Positions 37,861 to 50,600 of a stretch of 64,000 bases of DNA are shown in pieces. This stretch comes from Octopus sinensis. Its lineage: Eukaryota. Each line of letters starts with the position of its first letter. Position 1 is the stretch's first letter. The translations under genes and the position numbers were made by a program. Under the pieces are notes generated by a model. That model was not told the DNA's origin and searched no databases. It worked only from the letters and a program-made list of their open reading frames with translations. Location of the stretch: NCBI RefSeq assembly GCF_006345805.1, contig NW_021833025.1:124001-188000 (forward strand), read 5' to 3'.

Positions 37861-38299
37861 AAAATGTCTTATATAACAACTAAGAAGGTACAATGCCTTT
37901 GATTTAATATATTGCAATAATGAGAAAATAATTAATACTGCGGTAAAAACGACTATAACAAAAAATTAACCATTAATTTGCAGAAATGCGGCATTCTTAT
38001 TATATATGGAATATAATTATACGCAGCGCAAATGGCGAATACTTAAAAACACTCTCTAAGAGGTCTGTCAGTTTTCTTCGTGTCGCACGCTTCTCAATTT
38101 AAGGAGGGGGAATGGGATTAAAAAAATATACACTGTCATTTAACTTAATTGAAAACATAAGAACAATAAAAATTAAAAAAGACGTCTATATCCAACAAAG
38201 TTCGAGATTTTTATGAACAGCCGAGCTTTGGATAACCAACTATCTATATTAAATAAAAATAAACCATTCAATTCCATAACCAAGTACTGAGCCTTCGAT

Positions 38300-38560
38300 G
38301 TTTACAAAGGGTGGCACCTCACACGCCTTTCCTCTGGCTCTGTCGAGACCCCATACCCGAGAAGGTGCAGTCCAACGGCTCTCTCAGACTAAATGTCAGA
38401 GAGAGACTAGATAGGTAAGCATCAAAAGAGATACTATCCAGAGTCCTTATAAGAACAATTGACTGCACATAAGCCCTTGTGATATTTAAAGTCCAATACA
38501 TCAAATGTAATAAAACACGGAATTACATGGGCTTTAGACTGGTGCTTCATCATCCTTAAT
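38300..38560 (-). mobile_element. R4/NeSL-like RLE extreme C-terminal fragment
   Basis: LNITRAYVQSIVLIRTLDSISFD, homologous to the fragments at 9.6, 53.7 and 56.3 kb. Confidence 0.6.
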
Positions 38561-38899
38561 TATGGATCTACTTCATTATTTGACAAGGTTTGTAGTTCAA
38601 TGATTATCTCAAAAAACCTTTGAATTCATAGGAGGATATTACGGTTATTAAAAAGAGCTCAAACAATAAAATATTCTGGAAGTAATAAAAATCTCTATTT
38701 TGAAATGTTTCTTCTTATATATCAATAGAAATAATGTATCCAGTATTTCTAAACACTAAAATCGCATTCAGTGCAGGATAAACTGGCAAGACAAATAATC
38801 ACAAGCGTGATGATTATTTTAATAAATTTAAAATAAATATTAAAAAAATTTAAAATTAACTAGATATTCAATCAAATTTTCATACCCTGTGATATTGAA

Positions 38900-41180
38900 T
38901 TTCAACCAAAAATGTGAGTTATGGATGTGAAACTACGAATATGGATGGAACTGTCCTTGAAGACTTGGCCAGTAGCTTGGGTTTTTTGGTCTTTACATCG
39001 AAAGAACTGAATCATTATGCAGACAGAGGCAGGACTGATCGCTTGGGTCTCTTTCTATGCTCGGCATCAATTAGTCCTTTATGTTACATACCGAGGTTGG
39101 AAGCGGACATTGGCTCTGACCACGTGCCGCAAACGATGTTGATAAAGATGACTATGAATGTTACGGAGGACTTGTTCATTGGTTACAACCTCGTGAATAT
39201 GAACTGGAGTTTATTCGAATCATATATGCGGGATTCTCTTCGAAATGTCGTGTTCCAGCCTCTGAGAGGCAGAGATGATATTGACAATCTCGATGATCAC
39301 CTTAGATCGTCAATCATAAAATTCCTGGATGTTTATGCATTAAAAAATGTATGGAAACCTAAAGGAACGCAAAAGCGGATGAATTCGAAACTTGTCACTT
39401 TGATCAGAACGAAAGGTACTCTGGAAAATCGCAGGAGAAGATGTCGGGTTGAGTCAATTAAATGCCGCCTGAAATTGGAGATCGACAAGATAAAATCTAC
39501 TATTGCAAAAATGGCCAAGACTGAGGTCGAAAATAAATGGAGGTCTGAATGCAGAAAACTGGATAAGCGAAACCCTAATTTCTGGAAAGCATATCAACGC
39601 CTTACCAGAAATGATGCCAAAGGATTTGAAATTTCACTAAAAGAACCAGACGGGAAATATATCTCCTCTGATCGTATCCCGGAAGTACTCAAGAACCAAC
39701 TCAGTCAGGTTCAAGAGGTCGAATCTACCGTTCCACGAGGGACTTATGACCGAATTGTGAAGAAGCTTGGCTCTTCGCAATTATCGGAGGGACCATTATG
39801 TGGGGCGATAACACAGGAAGAGGTTGAAAAGGCAATTGCTGGGTTGAAGAACAAGGCGCCTGGCTTCGACTACATCCCTCAGATGTTGTTAAAGAAGGCC
39901 CCTGAAATCTTGATACGAGCACTGACTATTGTTTCACGCCAGCTGGACGTTCGGACACCTTCCATCGGCGTGGAAGCATAAGATTGTTCGAATGATTCCA
40001 AAATCTGGTAAATCGACACTGCTAGCAGAGAACTACCGGCCAATTAGCCTCATTTGTGCTTTCTCTAAGACAATGGAAAAGATTGTCTTTAACAGACTCT
40101 CTTGTCATATAGAATCACAAAATTTGCTTTTACCCGAACAATGGGGATTTCGTGAAGGAAGATCCACAGGGGACTGCCTCAGGGAGTTAGAGCACCAATT
40201 ATCCCGTGCTGACAGAAATAAAGCATGGCTAACTGTGGTGTGTCTAGACCTGGCCAAAGCCTTCGATAGCGTGTGGCACCTGGGCCTACTCTCCAGAGTC
40301 CATGACACCGGAGCCGGGATAAAGACCTATCGATGGCTGGAGAGGTTCTTGTCCGCTGTGGAAACCGCCTATCGGGGTGTGTGGAACTTAGAAGGGGAGT
40401 CCCGCAGGGATCTATCTTGAGTCCACTTCTGTTCAACCTCTTCTTGGCGGACATTCCTCTGCCGTCGATACGTACTGGGAAGCTCGTCATCTATGCTGAC
40501 GATATCCTGGTAATGGATACCTCGAAAAGGATATCGCAGTTTTGGAGACGACTTAAATCATACATTGCAACGCTAAAGATGTGGACTATAGAGAAGGGTT
40601 TGACCTTAGCACCGGAGAAGAGCACCATTTCATGGTTGTGGAGAGGGAGTCGCTGTGCGGAGTCGTGTGCATATGCGATGAGTAGTTATGTGATGGATCT
40701 CTCGAAAAGCAAAAATCTTTATTACCTGGGAGCAACCATCAACTGTCGTGGCTCGTACGCAGATCATATAGCAAATCAGAGAAAGAAAAGTGTGAAGATC
40801 CTCAAAAGCTTAACCAGGTTCCATCTGGATCCGGAAACGTACATCTACGTCTACAAAACGTGTGTACAGCCAGTCCTCACATATGGCTACAAGGGCTGGT
40901 ACGGTACGGAGGAGAGTGACTACCTTGTCGAACAGTTGGAAAAAACAAGAAGTTTTGCATTGAAACTGGCTTATGGAGTACAACTTGACGGAAGGCTAGA
41001 AAGCTTGCGAGAATCCTCTGTGCCTACGATCCGGATGGTCTTGGAGAATTGTTGTCAACTATGACTACAATTGGGGATACGCATGGAAAGAGACACGTGC
41101 CTTGTTTTTATCTCCCCGTTAATGATTTCTTCCTTGTTTTTCTTTTCGGTCAATAAATACTATTCTATTCTATATATTGA
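38900..41180 (+). mobile_element. 5'-truncated APE-RT LINE, frameshifted
   Basis: IGSDHVP (APE end), NYRPISL, QWGFR, LDLAKAFDSVWH, GVPQGSILSP, YADD. Confidence 0.9.
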
Positions 41181-41449
41181 ATTTCAACAACATATCGTCC
41201 CTTCAAGATTTCATTGACAGCTTATTTTTTATACAACAACGCTGACCAAACAAGTTTAACAAATTACGTTGACTAGGCTCTGACCAATTTTAACATCATT
41301 GATTTCAATTCCCTCGACCGTGCCATGTATTAATTTAACAATGAAATTCTCGAAGGAAGAAAACGTTTTGCTCAAGACGAATAATTAAAAGGCTAAATAA
41401 TTAATTTGATCTACAAAAGATTTTGCTTATTAAAGAAATGAATAAACTG

Positions 41450-43262
41450 AAAGGAAAACTGGCATGGTTTCGGGCTGTATGTGGACGACTGCCTGCTCGA
41501 TCTCTCTATGGAAAATTGCACGGTGGAAAGGACGGCCAAGATCCTGTCTACTATCATTTTGCAAGCTGATAAATTATTTATACCTGTCGCTTCATACAAG
41601 AAGTTCAATCCAAGATTATCATCACAAATCCTATCACTTATCAAAGAACGGGATGCCCTGAAGAAAAACAAGTCCAATGACTCATATCATACTATACGTT
41701 CGTTGAATATCAAAATTTCTGAACTGATCCGGACTAATAACGGACTCAAGTGGAGTCGTCTCGTTGGTCGATTATGTCACAGAAATTCCTGCGCCACCTT
41801 CTGGAAAACGCTAAGAAGGATCAATTGCCTTATCGGCGAGGAGGACGGAGGAACTGAGGCCGTTGCCCACAATTCCTCGGAACCCGCTCGCAAACTTGCA
41901 AACAAGATTATGAAGTACTACGTATCGATCAGCCATAAAGACTTCTCTCGCACTCCACATTTTGAACGGCTCGGACCGCGACCAGAACCGTATTCCACCT
42001 TCTTCACACCGGATGATGTTGACAAGGCTATTAAATCCCTACGTCCCACCCGTGCTTGTGGCCCCGACGGGATTTGTGCTGTTCACCTCAAACACCTGGG
42101 ACCCCGGGCACGGACCGTACTATCAAGACTATATAACGACTCCATCAACTTACGTACAATACCTAATATATGGAAAAACTCCCTAATTACGCCAATTCTA
42201 AAGTCTGGGAAACCAAATGGCCCCCTCTTCATACCGCCCAATCTCAATAACTTGTATCTTATCGAAAGTACTGGAAAAGCTCGTACTAGCGCGAATCTCT
42301 CCTGTTCTACAACTGCCAGAATTCCAGCACGGTTTTAGACCAGACCGTTCTACAACGACCCACTTGTGGGCCCGTATTGACAATACTATTTCAAGATCAA
42401 GGCTACTGCCCAATGGTGTCCCACAAGGCTCCCCTTTATTTCCTCTCCTTTTTAACCTATTTCTACATGACCTACCCATTACTAAATCGCGCAAGAGGTA
42501 AATCTCCTTCTGTGGCTGTCGCAATGGTCCAGTCACACCTCAACCGTGTATGTGATTGGCTATCTGCAAACATGTTGTGTGTGTCTGCATCTAAATCCCA
42601 ATTCACCCTCTTTACTACTGATAGAAGATTCAAGAATGGACTGGAACTATTCATTGGAGACAATCCTATTCCCTCTTCGCGTACCCAGAAGATTTTTGGC
42701 GTGGTTTTCGACTCCTTAATGACGTTCTCAAGTCACGTAGAGGAGGCCCTAGCTAAAGGTCTTCGGAAGTGGAACGTCTTGAAAGCTCTGTTAAAGAAGA
42801 GTCCCTTCCCCCTGAAAGATTGTGTCAGCAAGGTCTACCAACAAGTGATTGCCCCGACGGTTGAGTATGCCTGCTCAGCCTGGAGGTTTGCAATTGCATG
42901 TTCGAAAGCGGAACGTTTGAACTCACTCAGAAGGAAGATTATGCTCCACACTGACACCTCAGTTGGCAGCCTTGCTTCCGAGGAGGCGACGCAGAAGAAT
43001 GGACAGGGTTTCCTACGTTTCTGCAAGGAACTGGGAAACTCACTCAAGGAAAAGGTGGCCCATGCAGAGGAATTTCGGTCGGTTATAAAGAAATGCATTC
43101 CAATTGAGTTCTACTGCAGAAGGAAGAGAAGGCGTTTTCGGATTACGGTCGGGTCATCAGAAGATCATGTAAGGAGAGTACGGCTGTTGTTGGAGGCAGG
43201 GATCACCTAATTAGTTAGTTCTGACCTATCTTTCTCGGTGATCTTGGAGTTAATAAATAAGA
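41450..43262 (+). mobile_element. Jockey-like LINE fragment with internal deletions
   Basis: GPDGI..WKNSLITPI, SYRPISI, FQHGFR, GVPQGSPLFP; YADD region deleted. Confidence 0.82.
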
Positions 43263-43300
43263 GATGTCAAAACTGGTATCCGACATTCCTAGACCTTAGT

Positions 43301-44028
43301 TTGAATGAATGAATGAATTTTTTTATTAAAACGGAAAAGCCGAAAAAAGAGAGAGAAAGTTAATGAGACAACGTATGCCTCTTCTCCGTTGTTTCCCTCT
43401 TTTTTTTAATTCGAGATTCGAGAGGAAAAGGCTCTCTCAAGAACACTTCCAACCGTTTCCGTCGCGTCTTCCATCTCTTGAGGGATGAGTTGGTCCAGCT
43501 TGAGTCCATTTGCCAATTTGATGGCATATCGTCTCGTCTTTTCGATCTTAGCGATAATGCCATCCCTCTCAGCAGTAGGGTACCATCCCTCGAACCCGTA
43601 GGTAAGCAATGGTTCGACGCACGTTTTATAAACATATAAAAACGTTTCCGGACAAAGGTGGAAGTGAATTATGCTCCTGAGAATTTAAGCGCATTTCCTT
43701 CTCCTCGAGTCGATGTATCTGAAGTAAGAACCCTTGGATCCAACTTCAACTCCAAGGTATTTCAGGTTCTCCGTTACTGTAAACCCATAGAGGTTTCTCG
43801 GCGGTTTTCGTTTAGCTCCCTGTTTTCCAATCCAAGTGGCGATGCACTTTTCTTTTGCGAGCGTCAGTCCTTTTGATATGCACCACTCTTCCACTCTTGT
43901 CACGTATCCTTTTAATTTCTTCCACGAGATGTCTTTTCTCCACGAAGCATCCGTTATTAGTATGTCGTCCGCGTAGACCGAGCCTTGAGGTACCCCTCTT
44001 TTGAGATCGACAGCTTTCGACAAATTCT
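43301..44028 (-). mobile_element. LINE family X copy 3 (3' ~730 bp, in-frame internal deletion), fused to a 28S fragment
   Basis: Highly similar to 45880-46673; (TTCA)n tail; GVPQGSV joined directly to YADD. Confidence 0.9.
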
Positions 44029-44845
44029 CCGTGCCAGTTCTACTTTGGTTGTTCATTGTCCTACCACTCAATGCTCAACTATCACTTACGCAGCAATCAA
44101 ACAAACAGCAGTAAAGATTCAACCCATAGAGCCAATCCTTCTACCGAAGATACAGATCTAGTTTGCCAACTTCCCTTACCAGCGTTTATCTATTGACTAG
44201 AGGCTGCTAATCTTGGAGACTTGCTGCGGTTATTGGTACGGCCCAAGTGACTGTTAAACTGTAACAGGCGTTTTATGAAACGTCAGGTGTACACTGGACA
44301 CAGCAAAAACTGCAATGCTTTGCGGATATGATCGTAGTGATCAACATCTTCTCTTTCGCTGGCTAAACCATTTCAAGAGAAACCGACACTTTAGAAGAAA
44401 AGATAACTCTTCCCAGAACACCTGGGACGTCCTAGAACGCCGTCCTAGACTGTTACAACAGCGTCACCGCATAAACAGCCTTCTTAGGTTCGGGAATATT
44501 AACCCTATTCCCTTTTGTACACAGGCTACACTAGCCATTTCAAATGATTTGATAACGTGCTTAGGACCGACTAACTCATGTACAATTTATGTTCACATGA
44601 AACCCTTCTCAACATAGGCCCTCAAAGTTCTCATTTGAGTAATTGCTACTACCACCAAGATCTGCACTAGCGAACAGCTCTATCAGCATTCACATGCTTG
44701 GCTTCAGTGCTACCGCCACGTCTCTCCTACTCGTCGTAGCCTATCTTTTCTCATTAGCCAAACCCAGTCAAACTGCTACAACGGCCTAGTATAGGTCAAA
44801 CGCTACAGCGCTATCCATTTTCAAGGCCAGTTAATTCGACAGGCT
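44028..44845 (-). rRNA. Orphan 28S rRNA internal fragment (~820 nt), pseudogene
   Basis: Conserved LSU strings on the minus strand: GAAAATGGATAGCGCT, GCAGATCTTGGTGGTAGTAGCAA, GGTTAATATTCCCGAACC, AAGGATTGGCTCT, AGAACTGGCACGGA. Confidence 0.92.
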
Positions 44846-44956
44846 AGTTATTATGTGACATGGGCGGCTGGATACGCATGGGCAACCGGTTACATTTTTT
44901 GACCTTGTAATGTCAATTATTAATCATTGAACAACTTGAAAGAATAATGCATTTTA

Positions 44957-46673
44957 TAAGATTCGTACCGTGAAAATAGAGATAAATGATGTCGCAAAAA
45001 AACATTCAGACCTTGCTTGGAAGAGTCAATGCTCGAAACTGAATAAGAAAAACCCTCATTTTTGGAAGGTTTTCAACAGACTGAGTAATATGGAGAACAA
45101 AGGAGAAGAGATCCGACTAAAAACAACTGAAGGAATAGATATCCCGCTCGATGAAGTTCCCTCACATCTGCGAAGTCAACTGGCAAAAGTTCAAGAGGTG
45201 GATCCGATCGACATGGTTCCGAAAGAAGTTATATGTGAGGCTCAGAGAAGTCTAAGAGCTAATTTGAGTCATACGGGACCACTGTGCAGAGACATAACGT
45301 TGGAAGAAACGTATGCCGCAATTATGAGCTGCAAGAATAATGCACCCGGCCATGACTACATTCCAATTCTGTATTCAAACATGCTCCAAATATTCTCCTA
45401 CGATACTTGACCGCACTATACAATGCAAGCTGGAGACTTGGATACGTACCGGACTCTTGGAAAAAGTCAATCGTACGTATGATTCCAAAGCCTGGAAAAA
45501 TAAAGGACCATGCAGAGAACTATAGGCCGATAAGCCTAATATGCTCCGTCTCTAAAATTATGGAACGGATTGTCTTCACAAGACTTTCGAACTTCGTAGA
45601 GGAATCAGGTGCACTTGCAGTAGAGCAGTGGGGATTCCGACGAAAAAGATCCTGTGGTGATTGTTTCGGAGAACTCGAGAAAGTCATCTCGCTTAGTCTT
45701 GCTAATAATACAGCGACTATTGCTATCTGCCTCGATGTCTCAAAAGCTTTTGACAGCGTATGGCACCTGGGCCTCTTGGAAAGTGTCGCCAAGAGCAAAC
45801 CCGGGTCTAAAACGGTCAATTGGCTGAAGAGCTATTTATCAATGAGAAGGTCATACATACGATGCGGAAACCGTTTGTCGGAATCTGTCGATCTCAAAAG
45901 AGGGGTACCTCAAGGCTCGGTCTTGAGCCCCCTGCTTTTTAATATTTACGTTGCTGATATTCCAAAACCGAAAGATCCTACCAGTCGTCTCATGATCTAC
46001 GCGGACGACATATTAATAACGGATGCTTCGTGGAGAAAAGACATCTCGTGGAGGAAGTTAAAAGGATACGTGACAAGAGTGGAAGAATGGTGCATATCAA
46101 AAGGACTGTCGCTTGCAAAAGAAAAGTGCACCGCCACTTGGATTGCAAAACAAGGAGCAAAACGAAAACCGCCGAGAAACCTCTATGGGTTTACAGTAAC
46201 GGAGAACCTGAAATACCTTGGGGTTGAAGTTGGATCCAAGGGTTCTTACTTCAGATACATCGACTCGAGGAGAAGGAAATGCGCTCAAATTCTCAGGAGC
46301 ATAATTCACTTCCACCTTTCCCCGGAAACGTTTTTATATGTTTATAAAACGTGCGTCGAACCATTGCTTACCTACGGGGTCGAGGGATGGTATCCTACTG
46401 CTGAAAGGGATGGCATTATCGCTAAGCTCGAAAAGACGAGGCGATATGCCATCAAATTGGCAAATGGACTCCAGTTGGACCAACCCATCCCTCAAGTGAT
46501 GGAAGACGCGACGGAAACGGTTGGAAGTGTTCTTGAGAGAGCCTTTTCTTCTCGAATTAAATTTTAAAAAAAAAAAAAAAGAGGGAAACAACGAAGAAGA
46601 GGCATACGTTGTCTCATTAACTTTCTCCCTCTTTTTTCGGCTTTTCCGTTAATAAAAATTCATTCATTCATTC
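44957..46673 (+). mobile_element. LINE family X copy 1 (5'-truncated)
   Basis: RT ORF 45407-46567; (TTCA)n tail; 13-bp TSD ATAATGCATTTTA at 44944 and 46674; 1-bp deletion near 45368. Confidence 0.94.
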
Positions 46674-46749
46674 ATAATGCATTTTAACAAAAAAAATTAA
46701 AATTAATCATTTTTTTTAATTGCTCAGTACTATTGAAAACAAAATCGAT

Positions 46750-47410
46750 TGAATTAATTAGTATGACCCTAGGATAGCGTGTGAATTTCCGCGGACAATT
46801 GCACACGAAATCCTCTGGAAGAGCCACGACGTCTCCCGCGGATCACCTGTTTTTTTGGTGATTAGACCACCCAATCTTCGAATGAACGAAAAACTCTCTG
46901 ATCCAAAGACTCCGGAAGTCTCCACAGCGATCGGCTGGAAAAGATATCTGTCTGCCAGGAAAGAGTATTTCTTTTTCTTCAACTCTTCAGAACGTTTTGC
47001 AGCAGAGCCAGGAAAGGATGCCGAACTTCCGAATGAAGAAGGTCCAAACGTGTCAGGGCAGGTAAAATCCCAAACAAGTGCTTTCCCTCTCGTGTACGGG
47101 TAGATAGTTACGCCATCTGGGCGTTTGCCATCCCCTCTATCGAGACCAGCTGGTTCGAGTTGAGAGTGGAATCCGGCAGCGTCCATGGCCCTTTTGTGAT
47201 GTCATTGGCGGCGGAATGTCGGGGAAAACGACCGGCGCTACGAGTGCAAGAAAGTGGGTGCCTTCCCAATGGACCAATCCTCTTTCCACATTTGCAGGGG
47301 TGTGGGGTGCACATCGGTAAGCCGAGACGTAGACATAGGCCGATCCTAATGGTATCGTCGTCCAGTTTACAGCCGGTAGACGCAATAGGACACGCTATCC
47401 TAGGGTCATC
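46750..47410 (-). mobile_element. CRE-like CCHC plus RLE 3' fragment
   Basis: CKCG..HPLSC..RH; KRPDGVT..WDFTC..PIAVETSG..QRISCAIVRGN. Confidence 0.85.
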
Positions 47411-47612
47411 ATTTTTTTAGTCTTGTCATTGGTACCGTCCATATCTCTCCTTTAGCATATTTTATCTATTAAATAAAAATGATTAATTTACCTCGACTCG
47501 ATTATTTGATAAAATGTTAATTATTTCAGCAGTCGGATAGAATGGAGACTCGAATTTATCCAACCGCAACTAAGGGTTTGTTCCATAATCTTTTTTAACT
47601 CAAACCTAATTA

Positions 47613-50600
47613 CAGTCCGACCCCCAAATGGGGCACCAAGTGCCCCAAAATGCGGGGGTGCCCCAAAAACAGGGGTTTGTTATTTTTTTAAAAATTAAAC
47701 CATTAATAAACATCAAAAAACATTTTTACTAAAATATTCAGTTATTTTCTTTTTATTTGTAGACTTTTGTCTGATATTGAATGAATGAATGAATGAATTT
47801 TTTATTAACGGAAAAGCCGAAAAAAGAGGGAGAAAGTTAATGAGACAACGTATGCCTCTTCTTCGTTGTTTCCCTCTTTTTTTTTTTTTTTTTTTTAATA
47901 TTTAATTCGAGAGGAAAAGGCTCTCTCAAAAACACTTCCAACCGTTTCCGTCGCGTCTTCCATCACTTGAGGGATGGGTTGGTCCAACTGGAGTCCATTT
48001 GCCAATTTGATGGCATATCGCCTCGTCTTTTCGAGCTTAGCGATAATGCCATCCCTTTCAGCAGTAGGATACCATCCCTCGAACCCGTAGGTAAGCAATG
48101 GTTCGACGCACGTTTTATAAACATATAAAAACGTTTCCGGGGAAAGGTGGAAGTGAATTATGCTCCTGAGAATTTGAGCGCATTTCCTCTCCTCGAGTCG
48201 ATGTATCTGAAGTAAGAACCCTTGGATCCAACTTCAACCCCAAGGTATTTCAGGTTCTCCGTTACTGTAAACCCATAGAGGTTTCTCGGCGGTTTTCGTT
48301 TTGCTCCCTGTTTTGCAATCCAAGTGGCGGTGCACTTTTCTTTTGCAAGCGTCAGTCCTTTTGATATGCACCATTCTTCCACTCTTGTCACGTATCCTTT
48401 TAACTTCCTCCACGAGATGTCTTTTCTCCACGAAGCATCCGTTATTAATATGTCGTCCGCGTAGATCATGAGACGACTGGTAGGATCTTTCGGTTTTGGA
48501 ATATCAGCAACGTAAATATCTCAAGACCGAGCCTTGAGGTACCCCTCTTTTGAGATCGACAGATTCCGACAAACGGTTTCCGCATCGTATGTATGACCTT
48601 CTCATTGATAAATAGCTCTTCAGCCAATTGACCGTTTTAGACCCGGGTTTGCTCTTGGCGACACTTTCCAAGAGGCCCAGGTGCCATACGCTGTCAAAAG
48701 CTTTTGAGACATCGAGGCAGATAGCAATAGTCGCTGTATTATTAGCAAGACTAAGCGAGATGACTTTCTCGAGTTCTCCGAAACAATCACCACAGGATCT
48801 TTTTCGTCGGAATCCCCACTGCTCTACTGCAAGTGCACCTGATTCCTCTACGAAGTTCGAAAGTCTTGTGAAGACAATCCGTTCCATAATTTTAGAGACG
48901 GAGCATATTAGGCTTATCGGCCTATAGTTCTCTGCATGGTCCTTTATTTTTCCAGGCTTTGGAATCATACGTACGATTGACTTTTTCCAAGAGTCCGGTA
49001 CGTATCCAAGTCTCCAGCTTGCATTGTATAGTGCGGTCAAGTATCGTAGGAGAATATTTGGAGCATGTTTGAATACAGAAATTGGAATGTAGTCATGGCC
49101 GGGTGCATTATTCTTGCAGCTCATAATTGCGGCATACGTTTCTTCCAACGTTATGTCTCTGCACAGTGGTCCCGTATGACTCAAATTAGCTCTTAGACTT
49201 CTCTGAGCCTCACATATAACTTCTTTCGGAACCATGTCGATCGGATCCACCTCTTGAACTTTTGCCAGTTGACTTCGCAGATGTGAGGGAACTTCATCGA
49301 GCGGGATATCTATTCCTTCAGTTGTTTTTAGTCGGATCTCTTCTCCTTTGTTCTCCATATTACTCAGTCTGTTGAAAACCTTCCAAAAATGAGGGTTTTT
49401 CTTATTCAGTTTCGAGCATTGACTCTTCCAAGCAAGGTCTGAATGTTTTTTTGCGACATCATTTATCTCTATTTTCACGGTACGAATCTTATCCCGAAGA
49501 CGAATACGATCTATGGGGTCACTGCATCGTCTTAGCTTCTTTTCAAGGTTTCCCTTCCATTTTATAAGTTTTCCCAAAGATTCGTCAATCCGGGTTTTTC
49601 TGTTAGTATTTGACATGATGTATTTCCTGATTGAAGATTTTCGGAGAAAGTCCAGTATAGCTTCTCTGAGAATTTTATCAAGTTTTTCAATTTGTATATT
49701 CGAAGAGATGTTTTGTATTGGATACGGTGTCAAATGCTTTTTCATTGATACCTCAAGGTCCGACCAGATTGTCCGAGACGTATCGTATCCGATAAACAGA
49801 TCTTCGCATATCGTAGATGATGTTCGCATACACAAGGATTGAGGTAGGTGATCACTACCAATGTTTATCTCAATCCTTGGTATGCTGCATTGATGAACAA
49901 GATCTGCCGATACGAGGAAAACTCCAATACAATCCTCTCCATAACAAGAGAAGTGGTTTGGTTCTCGTGAGGTCAAAACACTAAAACCGCAGTTCTCCGA
50001 TAATCTGAGGAGTATATTACCGTCCGAATTTGTGTTGGCACATCCGTACGATGTGTGTTTTGCGTTAAGGTCTCCTATTAGAATTCCTCTATCATTGTTC
50101 TGGAAAAATTCTTCAATAAGATTTTGATAATTCTTCATTGCTTTGGAGTACATAGCTCCGACAGATATCCATCCAAGGGATGTTAGTAGTTTCAATGTAA
50201 TCAGTTCGCACAAATTTTGTTCGACGATTTTCAAGTCCCTCACCATCAGATTGTCTTTATAATATATGGATGTCCCAGTGCCAGCCACTGCGTCAGGTCG
50301 CCATGGGATATCAATCGACTGAAAACCATGGATTTTATGATGTTGATTTCCCTTAAGCTTCGTTTCATTAACAACCAATATGTCCATGTTTACCGAGCTA
50401 ACCAAGTAGGTTAGCTCCGTAGCCCGTCCATGTTTACTGTCTGATATTGTTCGTCAATTTCAGCCGAAAATCAAAAAATCTCGGAGCATACTTGTGTCAA
50501 CATTAGAAATTTTTTCTTCTAAATTGTTAAGCAGATCTTTGTTTTTGCTACGACATTTTCACTATTTTCGGTTTCTGAATATGTATCATAAACATTATTG

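Noticed and set aside
43301-43318. (TGAA)n tracts as telomeric repeats
   Set aside because: They occur only at the 3' ends of one LINE family, directly against the flank or TSD.
44000-44100. R1/R2-type site-specific insertion in 28S
   Set aside because: No 28S follows the element tail, the point lies upstream of the canonical R2 site, and sister copies are outside rDNA.
44315-44617. 100-aa ORF (also ORFs at 54193-54642 and 55174-55452)
   Set aside because: They overlap rRNA sequence (54193-54453 only partly); spurious.
44957-49490. Inverted duplication as an assembly artefact
   Set aside because: Each arm has its own TSD, its own 5' truncation point and private indels.
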